From: an uncultured Rivularia sp.
GTDB taxonomy: Bacteria; Cyanobacteriota; Cyanobacteriia; Cyanobacteriales; Nostocaceae
Length of the DNA: 64,000 nt
NCBI GenBank assembly: GCA_963665115.1
Contig: OY762007.1
Location: 2,080,001-2,144,000 of the forward strand
Direction: 5' to 3'
The notes beneath the pieces were generated by a model, which made no database searches, was not told where the DNA came from, and saw only the letters and a list, made by a program, of their open reading frames with translations. A program made the translations under genes and the position numbers. Of this stretch, positions 20,612 to 32,672 are shown one piece after another; the first letter of the stretch is position 1; each line of letters opens with the position of its first letter.

Positions 20612-22829
20612 TTAACCGCCTACCCTACTCGCCGTTGAGGCTATCAGGAATGCGCCATATGTCAGAATGTAACCCACGGTAAAGTGAGCTAAACCAATCA
20701 AACGACCTTGAACGATGGACATTGCAACGGGCTTGTCTTTCCAACGAACTAGGTTCGCTAGAGGTGTGCGCTCGTGTGCCCAAACAAGAGTTTCAATCAA
20801 TTCTTGCCAGTAACCTCTCCAGGAGATGAGGAACATGAATCCTGTTGCCCAAACAAGGTGTCCGAATAAGAACATCCAAGCCCAGACGGATAAGTTATTC
20901 ATCCCGTAGGGGTTGTAACCGTTAATCAGCGATGCTGAATAATTCCACAAGTAATCTCGCAGCCAACCCATCAAATATGTTGACGATTCGTTAAACTGCG
21001 CTACGTTTCCTTGCCATATACCCAGATGTTTCCAGTGCCAGTAGAACGTTACCCACCCTACTGTATTTAACGACCAGAATAATGCTAGGTAGAAGGAGTC
21101 CCAACCGGAGATATCACAAGTACCGCCACGTCCGGGGGCCGTCGCAAGGGAATGCATAACCAAAGTCTTTTTTGTCGGGCATCAATTTGGAACCACGAGC
21201 ATCCAAAGCACCTTTAACCAAGATTAAAACGGTGGTGTGAATTGCCAACGCGAAGGCGTGGTGTACCAAGAAGTCCCCAGGACCGATGGTTAAGAATAAT
21301 GAGTTGGTAGTGTTGTTAATGGCATCTACCCAACCAGGCAACCAAGCAGCACCTGCTGTGGATGCAATACTGTCTGAGTTGGATAGCAATGTATCCATGC
21401 CGTACAAGACTTTACCGTGAGAAGCTTGAATGAATTGAGCAAATACTGGCTCAATCAAAATCTGCTTTTCAGGTGTACCGAATGCAACAACTACGTCGTT
21501 GTGTACGTAAAGGCTTAAGGTGTGGAAACCTAAGAAAAGGGATACCCAGCTTAAGTGGGAGATAATCGCTTCTTTATGCTTCAACACGCGGTCTAGTACG
21601 TTGCCTTTGTTTTGTTCTGGGTCATAATCGCGTACCCAGAATATAGCCGCGTGGGCAAAGGCACCAGTCATTAAGAATACTGCAATGTACTGGTGGTGAG
21701 TATACAGCGCTGCCTGTGTTGTGTAATCCCTTGCAATAAATGCATAGGGCGGCATTGCGTACATATGCTGCGCTACCAAGGAAGTAATTGTTCCTAATGC
21801 TGCCAAAGCTAATGACAACTGGAAGTGCAGAGAGTTGTTGATGGTGTCATACAACCCTTGGTGCGGTAAGTTAAATTGTCCTTCAGTTTTGGTGCCAAAG
21901 AACTGCTTAGCATTAAGCATTTCTTTAATGCTGTGACCAATTCCAAAGTTTGTCCGGTACATATGACCGGCAACAATGAAGATTACCGCGATCGCCAAGT
22001 GGTGATGAGCCATATCGGTCAACCACAAGGATTCAGTTTGCGGATGGAATCCACCTAAGAAGGTAAGAATCGCCGTACCAGAACCTGTTGATGTACCAAA
22101 TAGATGGCTTGCAGTATCGGGATCTGCCGCGTAAGCGCCCCAATTTCCGGTGAAGAAGGGCTGCAAACCTGCTGGGTGCGGTAGTGTGCTGAGGAAGTTG
22201 TCCCAACCTACGTGCTGTCCGCGAGATTCGGGGATTGCTACGTGTACCAAGTGACCAGTCCAAGCCAAGGAGCTTACACCGAACAAACCTGCCAAGTGGT
22301 GGTTTAAACGGGGTTCTGCACTCTTGAACCAAGAAAGACTGGGACGGAACTTAGGTTGTAAATGCAACCAACCAGCAAACAAGAATAACCCTGCTAACAA
22401 TAGGAGCAACAACGCACCAGAGTAAAGGTCGTTATTTGTCCGCATCCCAATGGTGTACCACCAGTGGTAGACACCAGAGTAAGCGATGTTAACTGGATAA
22501 TCTACGCCACCTTGAGTAAATGCGTCGATCGCTGGTTTACCAAAGTGAGGGTCCCAAATCGCGTGAGCGATAGGGCTGATATGAAGAGGATCTTTAATCC
22601 ACTGTTCAAAGTTGCCTTGCCAAGCGACATGGAAATTTAGGCTGGATGCCCATAAGAAAATGATTGCCAGGTGTCCGAAATGAGTTGCGAAAATCTTTTG
22701 GTAAAGATTTTCTTCGGTCATCCCATCGTGGCTTTCAAAATCATTACCCATCGCGATCGCATACCAAATCCGACGTGTAGTCGGATCTTGTGCGAGATCC
22801 TGGCTAAATTTTGGAAATTTTGTTGCCAT
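20612..22829 (-). CDS. psaB: Photosystem I P700 apoprotein A2; apparent +1 frameshift in G5 run 21134-21138
   Basis: [22 protein letters not shown] start. The FX motif [12 protein letters not shown] is split between two ORFs; removing one base gives 738 aa. Confidence 0.97.
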
Positions 22830-22952
22830 AGGTTTTATAAATCCTCTGACATGAGAGCCATTTAATAATTTGAGTTATGAGTTGAGAGTTACGAGTTATG
22901 AGTTGAGATTAACCCCTAACTCCTAACTCCTAACTCCTAACTATTGAGCTTG

Positions 22953-25212
22953 CTAGCCTAACGAAAGAATTCTGGCATGGAAGAATGCCCAAGTGGTAAC
23001 AATACCACCCAATAAGTAGTGAGCTACTCCTACAGCACGACCTTGAATAATACTCAAAGCGCGAGGCTGTATTGCTGGTGCTACTTTCAATTTGTTGTGC
23101 GCCCAGACAATAGACTCAATTAGTTCTTGCCAGTAGCCTCTGCCGCTGAACAGGAACATTAAGCTGAATGCCCATACAAAGTGAGCGCCTAAGAAGAGCA
23201 GACCGTAAGCGGAAAGCGCACTTCCGTAAGAGTTGATTACCTGTGAAGCTTGTGCCCACAAGAAGTCGCGCAACCAACCGTTAATGGTAATGGCACTTTG
23301 AGCAAAGTTACCGCCAGTCAAATGCGATACGTTGCCTGATGCGTCTACGGTTCCCCAAACATCTGACTGCATCTTCCAACTGAAGTGGAAAATTACAACA
23401 GATATACAGTTGTACATCCAGAACAATCCGAGGAATACGTGATCCCAACCGGATACTTGACAAGTACCACCGCGTCCGGGACCGTCGCAAGGGAAACGGA
23501 AGCCTAAGTTTGCTTTATCTGGAATTAAGCGAGAACTGCGTGCAAACAGTACGCCTTTCAACAGAATCAAGACGGTAACGTGAATTGTAAAGGCGTGGAT
23601 GTGGTGAACCATGAAGTCAGCGGTACCCAAAGCAATGGGCATCATCGCGACTTTTCCGCCTACAGCTAAAATACCGCCACCGAAAGCATAACTAACGGGT
23701 TCTAATGCATTAGGTGCAGTTCCACCAGGTGCCAAAGTGTGTAGATTTTGTACCCACTGAGCAAATACTGGCTGTAATTGAATCGCCGTATCCGAGAACA
23801 TATCTTGGGGACGACCTAAAGCACGCATGGTGTCGTTGTGAATGTAAAGTCCAAAGCTGTGGAAGCCAAGGAATATACATACCCAGTTCAAGTGAGAGAT
23901 AATCGCGTCTCTGTGGCGAATTACTCGATCCAAGAGGTTGTCTTGGTTCACTACAGGGTCGTAATCACGAACCATGAATATAGCAGCGTGGGCTGCTCCA
24001 CCGACGATACAGAAGGCACCAATCCACATATGGTGAGTGAAGATACACAACTGAGTTGCATAGTCAGTTGCCAAATATGGATAAGGAGGCATCGCGTACA
24101 TATGATGCGCGATGATAATCGTCAGCGAACCCAAGAAAGCAAGGTTAGTTGCTAATTGAGCGTGCCAAGATGTGGTCATGTTTTCATAAAGTCCCGTATG
24201 ACCTTGGCCAGTAAAGGGTCCTTTATGATTCTCCAAAATGGCCTTGATGCTGTGACCGATACCCCAATTGGTACGGTACATATGACCGGCAACGATGAAC
24301 ACTACCGCGATCGCCAAGTGGTGATGAGCAATGTCAGTCATCCATAAGCCGCCAGTTACTGGGCTTAAACCGCCTTTAAAGGTCAAAATATCTGCATATT
24401 GACCCCAGTTCAAGGTGAAGAAAGGCGCTAATCCGTTGGCAAAGCCTGGATAAAGCTCTGTCAACAGGTCTTTGTTCAAGATGAACTCGTGAGGCAGCGG
24501 CACATCTTTGAGGGGAACTCCCGCATCCAACAACTTATTAGTTGGGTTAGATACGTGAATTAAGTGCCCAGCCCAGCCCAAGGAACCACAACCCAACAAC
24601 ACTGATAAGTGGTGGTTGAGCATCGACTCCACATTTTGGAACCATTCCAATTTGGGAGCTTTCTTGTGATAGTGGAACCAACCAGCAAATAGCATCAAAC
24701 CTGCCATTACCAATCCGCCGATGGCGGTGCAGTATAGCTGGAATGAGTTGGTTATACCCCAACCGCGCCATATCTGGAATAGACCGCTTGTGATTTGGAT
24801 TCCGTGGAATCCGCCACCCACATCTCCATTTAATATCTGTTGACCAACTACAGGCCAAACAACCTGAGCGCTGGGCTTAATATTTAACGGGGTCCATTAA
24901 CCAAGCTTCGTAGTTGGAAAATCGAGCGCCGTGGAATATCATCCCGCTCAGCCAGATAAATACTACGGCCAAATGTCCGAAGTGGGCTGCGAATACTTTG
25001 CGGGATACGTCTTCTAAATCGCTTGTATGTGAATCAAAATCATGGGCGAGTGCGTGTAGGTTCCAAATCCAAGTAGTGGTTTTTGGACCTTTAGCAAGGG
25101 TTCTATCGAAATGACCGGGTTTGCCCCATCGCTCAAACGAAGTTGGCACTGGGTCTTGATCGACAACGATTCTTGCTTTCTTTTCCTCTCGCTCCGGAGG
25201 ACTTATTGTCAT
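22953..25212 (-). CDS. psaA: Photosystem I P700 apoprotein A1; apparent +1 frameshift near 24883-24892
   Basis: MTISPPERE start and [15 protein letters not shown]. Removing one base restores ...[11 protein letters not shown] and gives 752 aa. Confidence 0.97.
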
Positions 25213-25683
25213 TCGACCTCCTCTCTAAAAAAAGGACTGAGGATTTGCTGCTAGTTGTCTTTACAAATAAATGGCACGTCATAATAAAATGCGTTTCCAC
25301 TCATATGCTTTTTTTCGCTCGCAAAGACTCTATGCGTTTATTGCTTTCTGGTTGAATTATAAAGTCATCTATCCCACATTGTGAGCGTTAAATTAACAAT
25401 AATTAAAACTTCGATAATTTTCGTCTTATTAACCTTTTAGCTTTGAGACGTTGGTCAAAAAGTCAATAGTTTAAATATTTCGTTACAAACAGCAACAGTT
25501 CGTATAATTAACTCTCGTACATAGCATACAAGTTAATAAATGTGTTACCTCAGATTATTGTTTTATCTTATAGCTGCAATATCTGAAGCAACCATTCGGT
25601 ATAAGGTGGACACATAGCATGAATGAGATTCATATGTAACAATAGATGCTTTTAATAACTACATAGATACCAGTGAAATCATC

Positions 25684-25701
25684 TATGTAAAATATTGTAA
25701 A
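25684..25701 (-). promoter_or_regulatory. HLR1 (RpaB-binding) direct repeat in the psaA upstream region
   Basis: Minus strand TTTACAAT-AT-TTTACATA matches (G/T)TTACA(T/A)(T/A)-N2 repeated. Confidence 0.65.
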
Positions 25702-25896
25702 TATCTGTTTGGCGTTATAGATTATATGCGTTGTGTGATTTCAAAAAACATATGAACCGGAAATTTGTATTTTCGTCAACCTGTTTAGCAAGCGATCAAA
25801 ATAAGCAATTATTTTATTTTTGATATGAATGCTTTATGTACTATAGGTACTTGAACAAAGACTAGAAAAATTTATCGGGATACCAGGTAAAGAAAT

Positions 25897-27804
25897 ATGG
25901 ATTCATGGTTGAAAGCGAAGAGATATGTCCTGTTTAAGAATTTGATCGTATGTCTGCTGGTATTGAGTTTGGCGGCTTGCGGCGATAAAGCGATTGGGAA
26001 AGACGTATCTATTCAACTAGCTGAAAAACCAGTACAAGAAAAAAACGCTCAACTTTCCCGAAAAATCTCCGAAGTTGCTCCTCCCGAAGTTATTCAAGAA
26101 TTGCGTCAAAGTTTAGACGTTTACCAACCACAGGTAAAAATACTCAATCCTCAACCGGATCAAGTATTAGAATCAAATAAATTAAAAGTTAGTTTACAAC
26201 TTAAAGACTTACCAATATTTAAAGACGCACGGTATGAATTGGGTTCGCATTTAGAAGTAATTTTAGATAATCAACCCCAATTAGAAATTTATGACTTAAA
26301 TCAACCATTAGAGCTATCAGATTTATCTCCAGGTACTCATACCTTGCGTGTATTTGCTTCTCGTGCTTGGCATGAAAGCTTTAAAAATGAAGGTGCTTAC
26401 GCTCAAACAACTTTTCACGTATTTACTAAGAGCGATGATAATAATCCAGATAAAAATCTGCCAATATTAACTTACAACAGTCCGCAGGGTAGTTATGGTG
26501 CAGAGCCAATTCTACTTGATTTTTATTTAACCAACGCTCCATTACATATTCTTGCTGAAGATAATCCCGATAATCCGATTGCAGATTGGCGAATTCGCTG
26601 CACAATTAATGGTGAAAGTTTTATTATTGATAGATGGCAATCTTTGTATTTAAAAGGATTTGATTTCGGTCAAAATTGGGTTAAATTGGAATTTCTTGAT
26701 AATCAAGGTAATCCAGTTAAAAACGTTTATAACAGTACCGTTAAAGTTATTAATTACGAGCCAAAGGGTAAAGACAGTCTTGCAAAAATCGTTCGAGGAG
26801 AACTTTCTGCGGAAGAATTGCGCGGAATTGTAGACGCAGATTATGCAGTTAAAATTCCCATAGAAACAACACCCGAAAATAAAGAAGAAGAAGATAATGG
26901 TGGATTTTTTAATCGATTCAATCGTGGTGAACAAGATAAAACACCTACTCCACAACCTACCATAGAACCGATTCCCGAAATAATAGAAACTCCACAAGCG
27001 GAAACAAAATTAGAAGAAACAATTCCAGAAGTAATAGAAACTCCACAAGCGGAAACAAAATTAGAAGAAACAATTCCAGAAGTAATAGAGACACCGGAAT
27101 TAGGAACTGAGTTAGAAGAGACAATTCCAGAAATAATGGAAACCCCACAATCTGAAACTCCTTTAGAAGAGACAATTCCAGAAGTAATTGAAACTCCACA
27201 ACCCGAAACTTCTTTAGAAGAGACAATTCCAGAAGTAATTGAAACTCCACAATTAGAAACCGATCGAGAAAAACCAGAAACAGAAATCATTCCAATTCCA
27301 CAACCAGAATCTAAACCTGATGGATTCTTTAATAGATTCAAACGTGCTGAAGCAGAAGAATCAGAACCTGGTGGATTTTTGAATAGATTTAAGCGTCAGG
27401 AAGAAGATAACAAACCAATTCCGGAAGTTATCAAAACTCCCACATTACAGATAACACCAATTCCAAAAATAGAAGAGCAACCTGAAGTAAAAGTAGAAGA
27501 AATACCACAACCAAAAATAGAAGCAACTCCGGAATTGCCATCGACATTACCCGAAATTGTTGAACCTTTAGAAAACGAACCTCCAGTAACCCAACCGGAA
27601 GCCCAAATAAAAATAACTCCAGAAGCAAAACAATCTACAACTAAGAGATTAGGGGAATATTTTAATCTTCCTCGACGTACAATTCCCGTACCTACACCAG
27701 AAATTTCTCCGAAAATTGAAGAAGCAGAGATTAAACCTACATCAGAACAAAACCAAAAAATTGCTGTTCCCGAAATACCTGCTCGGACAGAACTTGTTCC
27801 ATAA
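25897..27804 (+). CDS. Lipoprotein with Ig-like N-terminal domains and Pro/Glu-rich repeat tail
   Basis: Lipobox LAAC; LSPGTHTLRVFASRAWHESFK; 16-aa ETIPEVIETPQxETxLE repeats. Confidence 0.8.
   Translation: MDSWLKAKRYVLFKNLIVCLLVLSLAACGDKAIGKDVSIQLAEKPVQEKNAQLSRKISEVAPPEVIQELRQSLDVYQPQVKILNPQPDQVLESNKLKVSLQLKDLPIFKDARYELGSHLEVILDNQPQLEIYDLNQPLELSDLSPGTHTLRVFASRAWHESFKNEGAYAQTTFHVFTKSDDNNPDKNLPILTYNSPQGSYGAEPILLDFYLTNAPLHILAEDNPDNPIADWRIRCTINGESFIIDRWQSLYLKGFDFGQNWVKLEFLDNQGNPVKNVYNSTVKVINYEPKGKDSLAKIVRGELSAEELRGIVDADYAVKIPIETTPENKEEEDNGGFFNRFNRGEQDKTPTPQPTIEPIPEIIETPQAETKLEETIPEVIETPQAETKLEETIPEVIETPELGTELEETIPEIMETPQSETPLEETIPEVIETPQPETSLEETIPEVIETPQLETDREKPETEIIPIPQPESKPDGFFNRFKRAEAEESEPGGFLNRFKRQEEDNKPIPEVIKTPTLQITPIPKIEEQPEVKVEEIPQPKIEATPELPSTLPEIVEPLENEPPVTQPEAQIKITPEAKQSTTKRLGEYFNLPRRTIPVPTPEISPKIEEAEIKPTSEQNQKIAVPEIPARTELVP
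26970..27260 (+). repeat. 48-bp coding tandem repeat (~6 units)
   Basis: ATTCCAGAAGTAATAGAAACTCCACAA...GAAGA recurs every 48 bp. Confidence 0.9.
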
Positions 27805-27981
27805 ACTGACGGTTTCTTCAAACAGTATAAAAAAAATTATTGGGGCCGCACTTTCGCAGCAGGATATTAAGGAAGCAATTAATAGTTATAATCAAAATTA
27901 TCTTGTATTAATACGGTGCGTTAGCCGCGAAACTACAAACTTCCAATGCCCAATGCCCCATCCCCAAATCCCAACTTCAAA

Positions 27982-29400
27982 ATGTCTCGCATTCGCGCAC
28001 CGGAATTACCACAAAATTATCCTTGGTTAAATACCGATAAACCTTTTTCTTTAAAACAGCTTAGGGGAAGAATAGTAATTCTTGATTTTTGGACTTACTG
28101 CTGTATTAATTGTTTGCACGTTTTACCGGATTTAAAATATCTCGAACAAAAATACAAAGATAGCGTTACTGTAATTGGCGTACATTCTGCCAAATTCGAT
28201 AATGAAAAGGAAACCGAAAATATCCGTCAAGCCGTGTTACGTTACAACATCGAACACCCAGTTTTAGTTGACAGGGATTTTCGAGTTTGGCAAGAATATG
28301 CTGTGAAGGCTTATCCTACTTTTGCGGTAATCGATCCTCAAGGTTATCTGGTAGCCACTTTGACGGGTGAAGGTAAACGTCAAATTTTAGATGAGTTAAT
28401 TCAAAAGTTAATTCAACTGCATCAAGAAAAAGGTAAAATTAATTTTCAAAAAATAGATGTAATTTTAGAAAAGGATAAAACACCTTTAATTACACCTTTA
28501 GCTTTCCCCGGTAAGGTTTTAGCCGCTGATTCAAAATTATTTATTGCTGATTCCGGGCATCATCGTATTGTTGTCAGCAGTTTAAATGGAGAAGTTTTAC
28601 ATTTAATTGGTAGCGGTAATGGTTTAAAGGATGGGAGCTTCGAGGAGGCTACATTTTTCGCACCTCAAGGAATGGCTTTTGATGATGTTAATAATATTTT
28701 GTATGTAGCCGATACAGAAAATCATGCCATACGCAAAGTTGATTTTAAGCATCAAAAAGTAGAAACTATTGCTGGTATTAGCAAAAATCTTAATTCTCCT
28801 TGGGATTTAGTGAAATTAGGAAACAAGCTATTTATTGCAATGGCTGGTTGTCATCAGATTTGGGAATTGGATTTAGCAAGCAATATTATTAAAGTTTACG
28901 CTGGTAGAGGTGCAGAATCTTGCTTTGATAGTGAGCTTTCTGAATCAGCTTTTGCTCAACCTAGCGGTATTGCTACTAATGGTAAGAAATTATATATTGC
29001 CGATAGTGAAGTTAGTTCGATTCGCGCTATTGATTTAGAAAAAAAATTAGTCAAAACAATCTGCGGTAGCGGAGATTTAAATGCTTTTGGTGATGTTGAT
29101 GGACAAGGTTTTGATGTCAGATTACAGCATTGTTTGGGAATAGAATATTTTGACGGTTTTTTGTGGATAGCCGATACGTATAATCACAAAATTAAGTTAA
29201 TAAATCCGGTGACTGGTGATTGTACAAGTTTTTTAGATGGCTGTTTATCTGAGCCTTCGGGATTAAGTATTTTTGATGGTTATTTATATATAGCTGATAC
29301 TAATAATCATGCAATTCGTAAAGTTAATTTAGATACTTTAGTTGTGGAAAATATGGAGTTGGTTGGTTTGTGTGCTGCGGATTTTTGTATTTTTAATTAG
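27982..29400 (+). CDS. Thioredoxin-like + NHL repeat protein (NHLRC2/SOQ1-like)
   Basis: DFWTYCCINC, GVHSAKF and repeated YIADTxNHxIR motifs. Start MSRIRAPEL lies just after an STRR tract. Confidence 0.9.
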   Translation: MSRIRAPELPQNYPWLNTDKPFSLKQLRGRIVILDFWTYCCINCLHVLPDLKYLEQKYKDSVTVIGVHSAKFDNEKETENIRQAVLRYNIEHPVLVDRDFRVWQEYAVKAYPTFAVIDPQGYLVATLTGEGKRQILDELIQKLIQLHQEKGKINFQKIDVILEKDKTPLITPLAFPGKVLAADSKLFIADSGHHRIVVSSLNGEVLHLIGSGNGLKDGSFEEATFFAPQGMAFDDVNNILYVADTENHAIRKVDFKHQKVETIAGISKNLNSPWDLVKLGNKLFIAMAGCHQIWELDLASNIIKVYAGRGAESCFDSELSESAFAQPSGIATNGKKLYIADSEVSSIRAIDLEKKLVKTICGSGDLNAFGDVDGQGFDVRLQHCLGIEYFDGFLWIADTYNHKIKLINPVTGDCTSFLDGCLSEPSGLSIFDGYLYIADTNNHAIRKVNLDTLVVENMELVGLCAADFCIFN

Positions 29401-29645
29401 TTTTTTTATTCACAAATTACTGATTTTTAAAAACCGCAGAGAACGCGGAGAGCGCGGAGGAAAGAGGTTGAAGAGGAATGGTAGTTTTCGAGCGAAAGTG
29501 AGGTAGTTATTTGTCTGCAAATTGGCAGATTATCTCAATAAGCTAGTTTAAGTTATAAGGATAATAGTATTTATCATTCGTTGGTTCATTTGCTTGTTAT
29601 TACTGTTGCCTGTTCCCGATTCCCTGTTCCCTTTTTACAATTCAT

Positions 29646-30080
29646 ATGAACGATAGTTTTATACTTTTAGAATGCGATGATGTTGTACTTTTAGGGGAAG
29701 ATACTTTTAAGGTTAGTAGAATTGAACGGCTAATTGAAGAGAATATTAATGAGAAATTGCAAAGACACATTTACGAATACAATAGCTTTCATCCCGGTGC
29801 TTCGATGTTGGAGTTTTTCAGCAGTATACCCATCGGTAAGACAAAAATAGATTTAGCTGAAATTAAACATGAATATATTAAAAATTGCCAAGTTTTAAGA
29901 AGTAGCGGACAAGGTTGGGAAAAAGGTAAGCTGAAAATAGGAATACGAATATTACCTGCAAAAAACTATGATAATCAAATATATTTAAAATTTTATCCAG
30001 ATGAGCCTATAGAATATGAAGCTTTTTTAGATGATATTTTTCAGATAGTTTCTGATAATCCAATTGGTGAATGGAAATAA
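29646..30080 (+). CDS. KGK domain protein
   Basis: CQVL...GWEKGKLKI...FYPDEP pattern. Confidence 0.8.
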   Translation: MNDSFILLECDDVVLLGEDTFKVSRIERLIEENINEKLQRHIYEYNSFHPGASMLEFFSSIPIGKTKIDLAEIKHEYIKNCQVLRSSGQGWEKGKLKIGIRILPAKNYDNQIYLKFYPDEPIEYEAFLDDIFQIVSDNPIGEWK

Positions 30081-30159
30081 AGTTAGGGAAGATTTGGGAT
30101 TACCGCAAATTTAAAGGAACCAACCCCCGCTAATTTGGGGGGCTTAGATCGTGTTAAGG

Positions 30160-30639
30160 TTACAATTTTGCCAATAGTTGTTCGGCAGTACTGACTTCTA
30201 TATTTCCACCTTCTTCGAGTTCTAATTCCTTGACTACACCATTTTCTACTACCATCGCATAACGTCGCGATCGCATTCCCAATCCTTTGGCAACTAGGTC
30301 TAATTCAAAACCCGCAGCCTTAGTAAATTCACCAATCCCATCGGCTAGCATTAAAATATCATCTGCCTTCTGGCTTTTCCCCCAAGCATCCATAACGAAA
30401 AAATCGTTGACGGAAATACAGGCAATTATATCAACACCTTTAGCTTTAATTTTCTCTGCATTTTGAATATAACCGGGGAGATGCTGAGCCGAGCAAGTTG
30501 GTGTAAATGCACCAGGTACGGCAAATAAAAGTACCTTTTTATCTTTAAATAATTCGTCTGTAGTTATATCTTTAGCTCCCGATGCATCCATATGCTTTAA
30601 AGTCGCTGAAGGAATTTTATCGCCTACTTTGATAGTCAT
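30160..30639 (-). CDS. Type II (PRX5-like) peroxiredoxin
   Basis: VPGAFTPTCSAQHLPG, SVND and RSRRYAM motifs. Confidence 0.93.
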   Translation of the reverse strand: MTIKVGDKIPSATLKHMDASGAKDITTDELFKDKKVLLFAVPGAFTPTCSAQHLPGYIQNAEKIKAKGVDIIACISVNDFFVMDAWGKSQKADDILMLADGIGEFTKAAGFELDLVAKGLGMRSRRYAMVVENGVVKELELEEGGNIEVSTAEQLLAKL

Positions 30640-30716
30640 ATCTTGTTTCTACTCTGGAATATATGCTTTTATTATCAACGAGTATGTGCAAGATTAAACA
30701 ATAATCAAAAATTAGA

Positions 30717-31308
30717 TCACCACTCTTCAGCCCAATAAACAATTTCTGAAGTCGTATTATTAATTGCTACTCCATAACTATCTCCATGATTCCAGGAAAA
30801 GTCGTCAGAGGTGCCGCGATTATTGGCGTTTAATACTAATATTTCATAAGTTGACGGAAAACTCTCTGCTTGTAAGTCGCTGGTATATAAAAAAGTGGTG
30901 GGTACGCCATTTTCTTGATTTGCGTGGTCATTTGTATCACCACCTTGATATTGATGTTTGGCTATATTCCTATATTTATTAAGTGCTTTTTTTATCTGCT
31001 GTTTTGATAATTTCATCCTCAGTTGAAAAATTCTGCCGTATTCTGGAGAAACCTGGATAAAAAATAACCCGCACATCTTTAGCAACGCTGGGAATGATGG
31101 CGGGAAAATGGTTTATTTGTGTTTGATTAGACCAGGTATTATGACGAATCTCTTGATAATTTGAATTATCTACTACTATCTCAGTTTCTTTTTTGTTATT
31201 AAAAGCCTGTGTTAAAAAGAATCCTCCCCCGACAGATCCTACACCTCCCAAAGATAGTAAAGCTATCATGGCGAATTTCAATATATATGCTTGCTTCATC
31301 GAATCCAA
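30717..31308 (-). CDS. Hypothetical membrane-anchored protein; apparent +1 frameshift at ~31049-31051
   Basis: Two overlapping ORFs join (FYPG-SPEYGRIFQLRMK) if one base is removed, giving ~196 aa; N-terminal TM. Confidence 0.65.
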
Positions 31309-31500
31309 AATTTTAATTAATCAAATAGATATATATTCAACTAGTAATAAATCTCGTATATTTACACATCTAGCTTTAGATATATTTACTCTATTGTTAC
31401 ATAAAATCAGTATAAATCCGGTTTGCACTAAGCAGTTAACAATGAGAAAGGGGGGAGAGGGTAATTTTAACCTTTAACCTTAATTATGATTAACTCTTTA

Positions 31501-32403
31501 CTATCCCCAATGCCCAATGCTCAACGCCCAATGCCCTGCTATCATCCCAACAAGCAAAATAAAACCAATCCAGACGTTTTGTCGGAACATCTCGCCGTAG
31601 GCTGCATTTGGTAACTCTGTTTTTTTCAAGCGTAAATATTGCCATGCCCATCCAGCAAACGCGATCGCAACACTTACCCAAAATGCAATATTAAGATGTG
31701 TAACTATTCCTAACCAAATTAAGAAACCAACAGTGCCAATAAAAAAGACACCAATAGCTTCTTGTACGTAGTTACCAAAAAATAAGGCGCTGGAATTTAC
31801 TCCGATACGTTTGTCATCTTCTCTATCGCTCATGGCATAAAGGGTATCAAATCCTAAAGTCCATAAAACAGTCGCACCCCACAGCAGCCAAGTTGGTTGC
31901 GAAAGGTTCTGCGTAACTGCACTCCAACTAATTAGTACGGCGAAACCCCAAGCAATAGAAAGCACTAACTGGGGTACGGGAAATACCCTTTTTGCACCTG
32001 GATAAAGTACGATTACCGGAACAGCTGCGACGCATAACCAAAAGGAAAGCGGATTAAGATAAAAAGCGAGAATTGCAGCGCAAACCATCGATACTATCGC
32101 TACAACTATCCCAACTTTTAAAGATAATGCCCGAGAAGCTAAAGGACGATTTTTAGTTCTTTCAACTTCTGGATCTATATCTCTATCCCATAAATCATTG
32201 ACAACACACCCAGCAGCACTTGTAGCGAGAGTACCTAAAATAATTACTCCTACTAATGGTAAAGGGGGTTTACCTTGCGCTGCTAAAAATACAGCCCATA
32301 AGCCGGGAATCATTAAAATTAATCTTCCTTCTGGTTTATTCCACCGTAGAAGTTGGATTATTTTGCTAAAAGTAGATTCAATTTTTTCTGGCTGAGTAAC
32401 CAT
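31501..32403 (-). CDS. ubiA: 4-hydroxybenzoate solanesyltransferase (UbiA family)
   Basis: Motifs NDLWDRDID, ERTKNRPL and YAMSDREDD; multiple TM helices. Confidence 0.92.
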   Translation of the reverse strand: MVTQPEKIESTFSKIIQLLRWNKPEGRLILMIPGLWAVFLAAQGKPPLPLVGVIILGTLATSAAGCVVNDLWDRDIDPEVERTKNRPLASRALSLKVGIVVAIVSMVCAAILAFYLNPLSFWLCVAAVPVIVLYPGAKRVFPVPQLVLSIAWGFAVLISWSAVTQNLSQPTWLLWGATVLWTLGFDTLYAMSDREDDKRIGVNSSALFFGNYVQEAIGVFFIGTVGFLIWLGIVTHLNIAFWVSVAIAFAGWAWQYLRLKKTELPNAAYGEMFRQNVWIGFILLVGMIAGHWALSIGHWG

Positions 32404-32672
32404 AGCAATAGAAAAATTACTAATATGACAAGTTACATTTCTTAACAAGTATAGAATAACTTTATTTGATATTTATAAAACAATTACAAAAGCAAATTAA
32501 ACCTAAACTATATCTGGATGCTTTACGTTGACACCGCATAAAACATCATAATTTTTAACTTCTAAATAGATTGTTCGGATAGATTTATTTATTTGATACA
32601 GCTAAATTCGATCGTTGTACCGATATAAATCTGAAAAGCCTTCCCGTTACTACGTTTTATAGAAAAAACCAA

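Noticed and set aside
20612..25212. Split psaA/psaB as introns, inteins, programmed frameshifts or far-red (FaRLiP) paralogs
   Set aside because: Single-base insertions fully explain the splits. The sequences look like standard Nostocales PsaA/PsaB and no FaRLiP cluster genes are adjacent.
26970..27260. Regularly spaced repeats as a CRISPR array (also 47400-49200)
   Set aside because: In-frame coding tandem repeats without unique spacers; no cas genes in the window.
32432..32449. HLR1-like GTTACATT-TC-TTAACAAG upstream of ubiA/ppx
   Set aside because: The second half-site has two mismatches and the context is very AT-rich; too weak to call.
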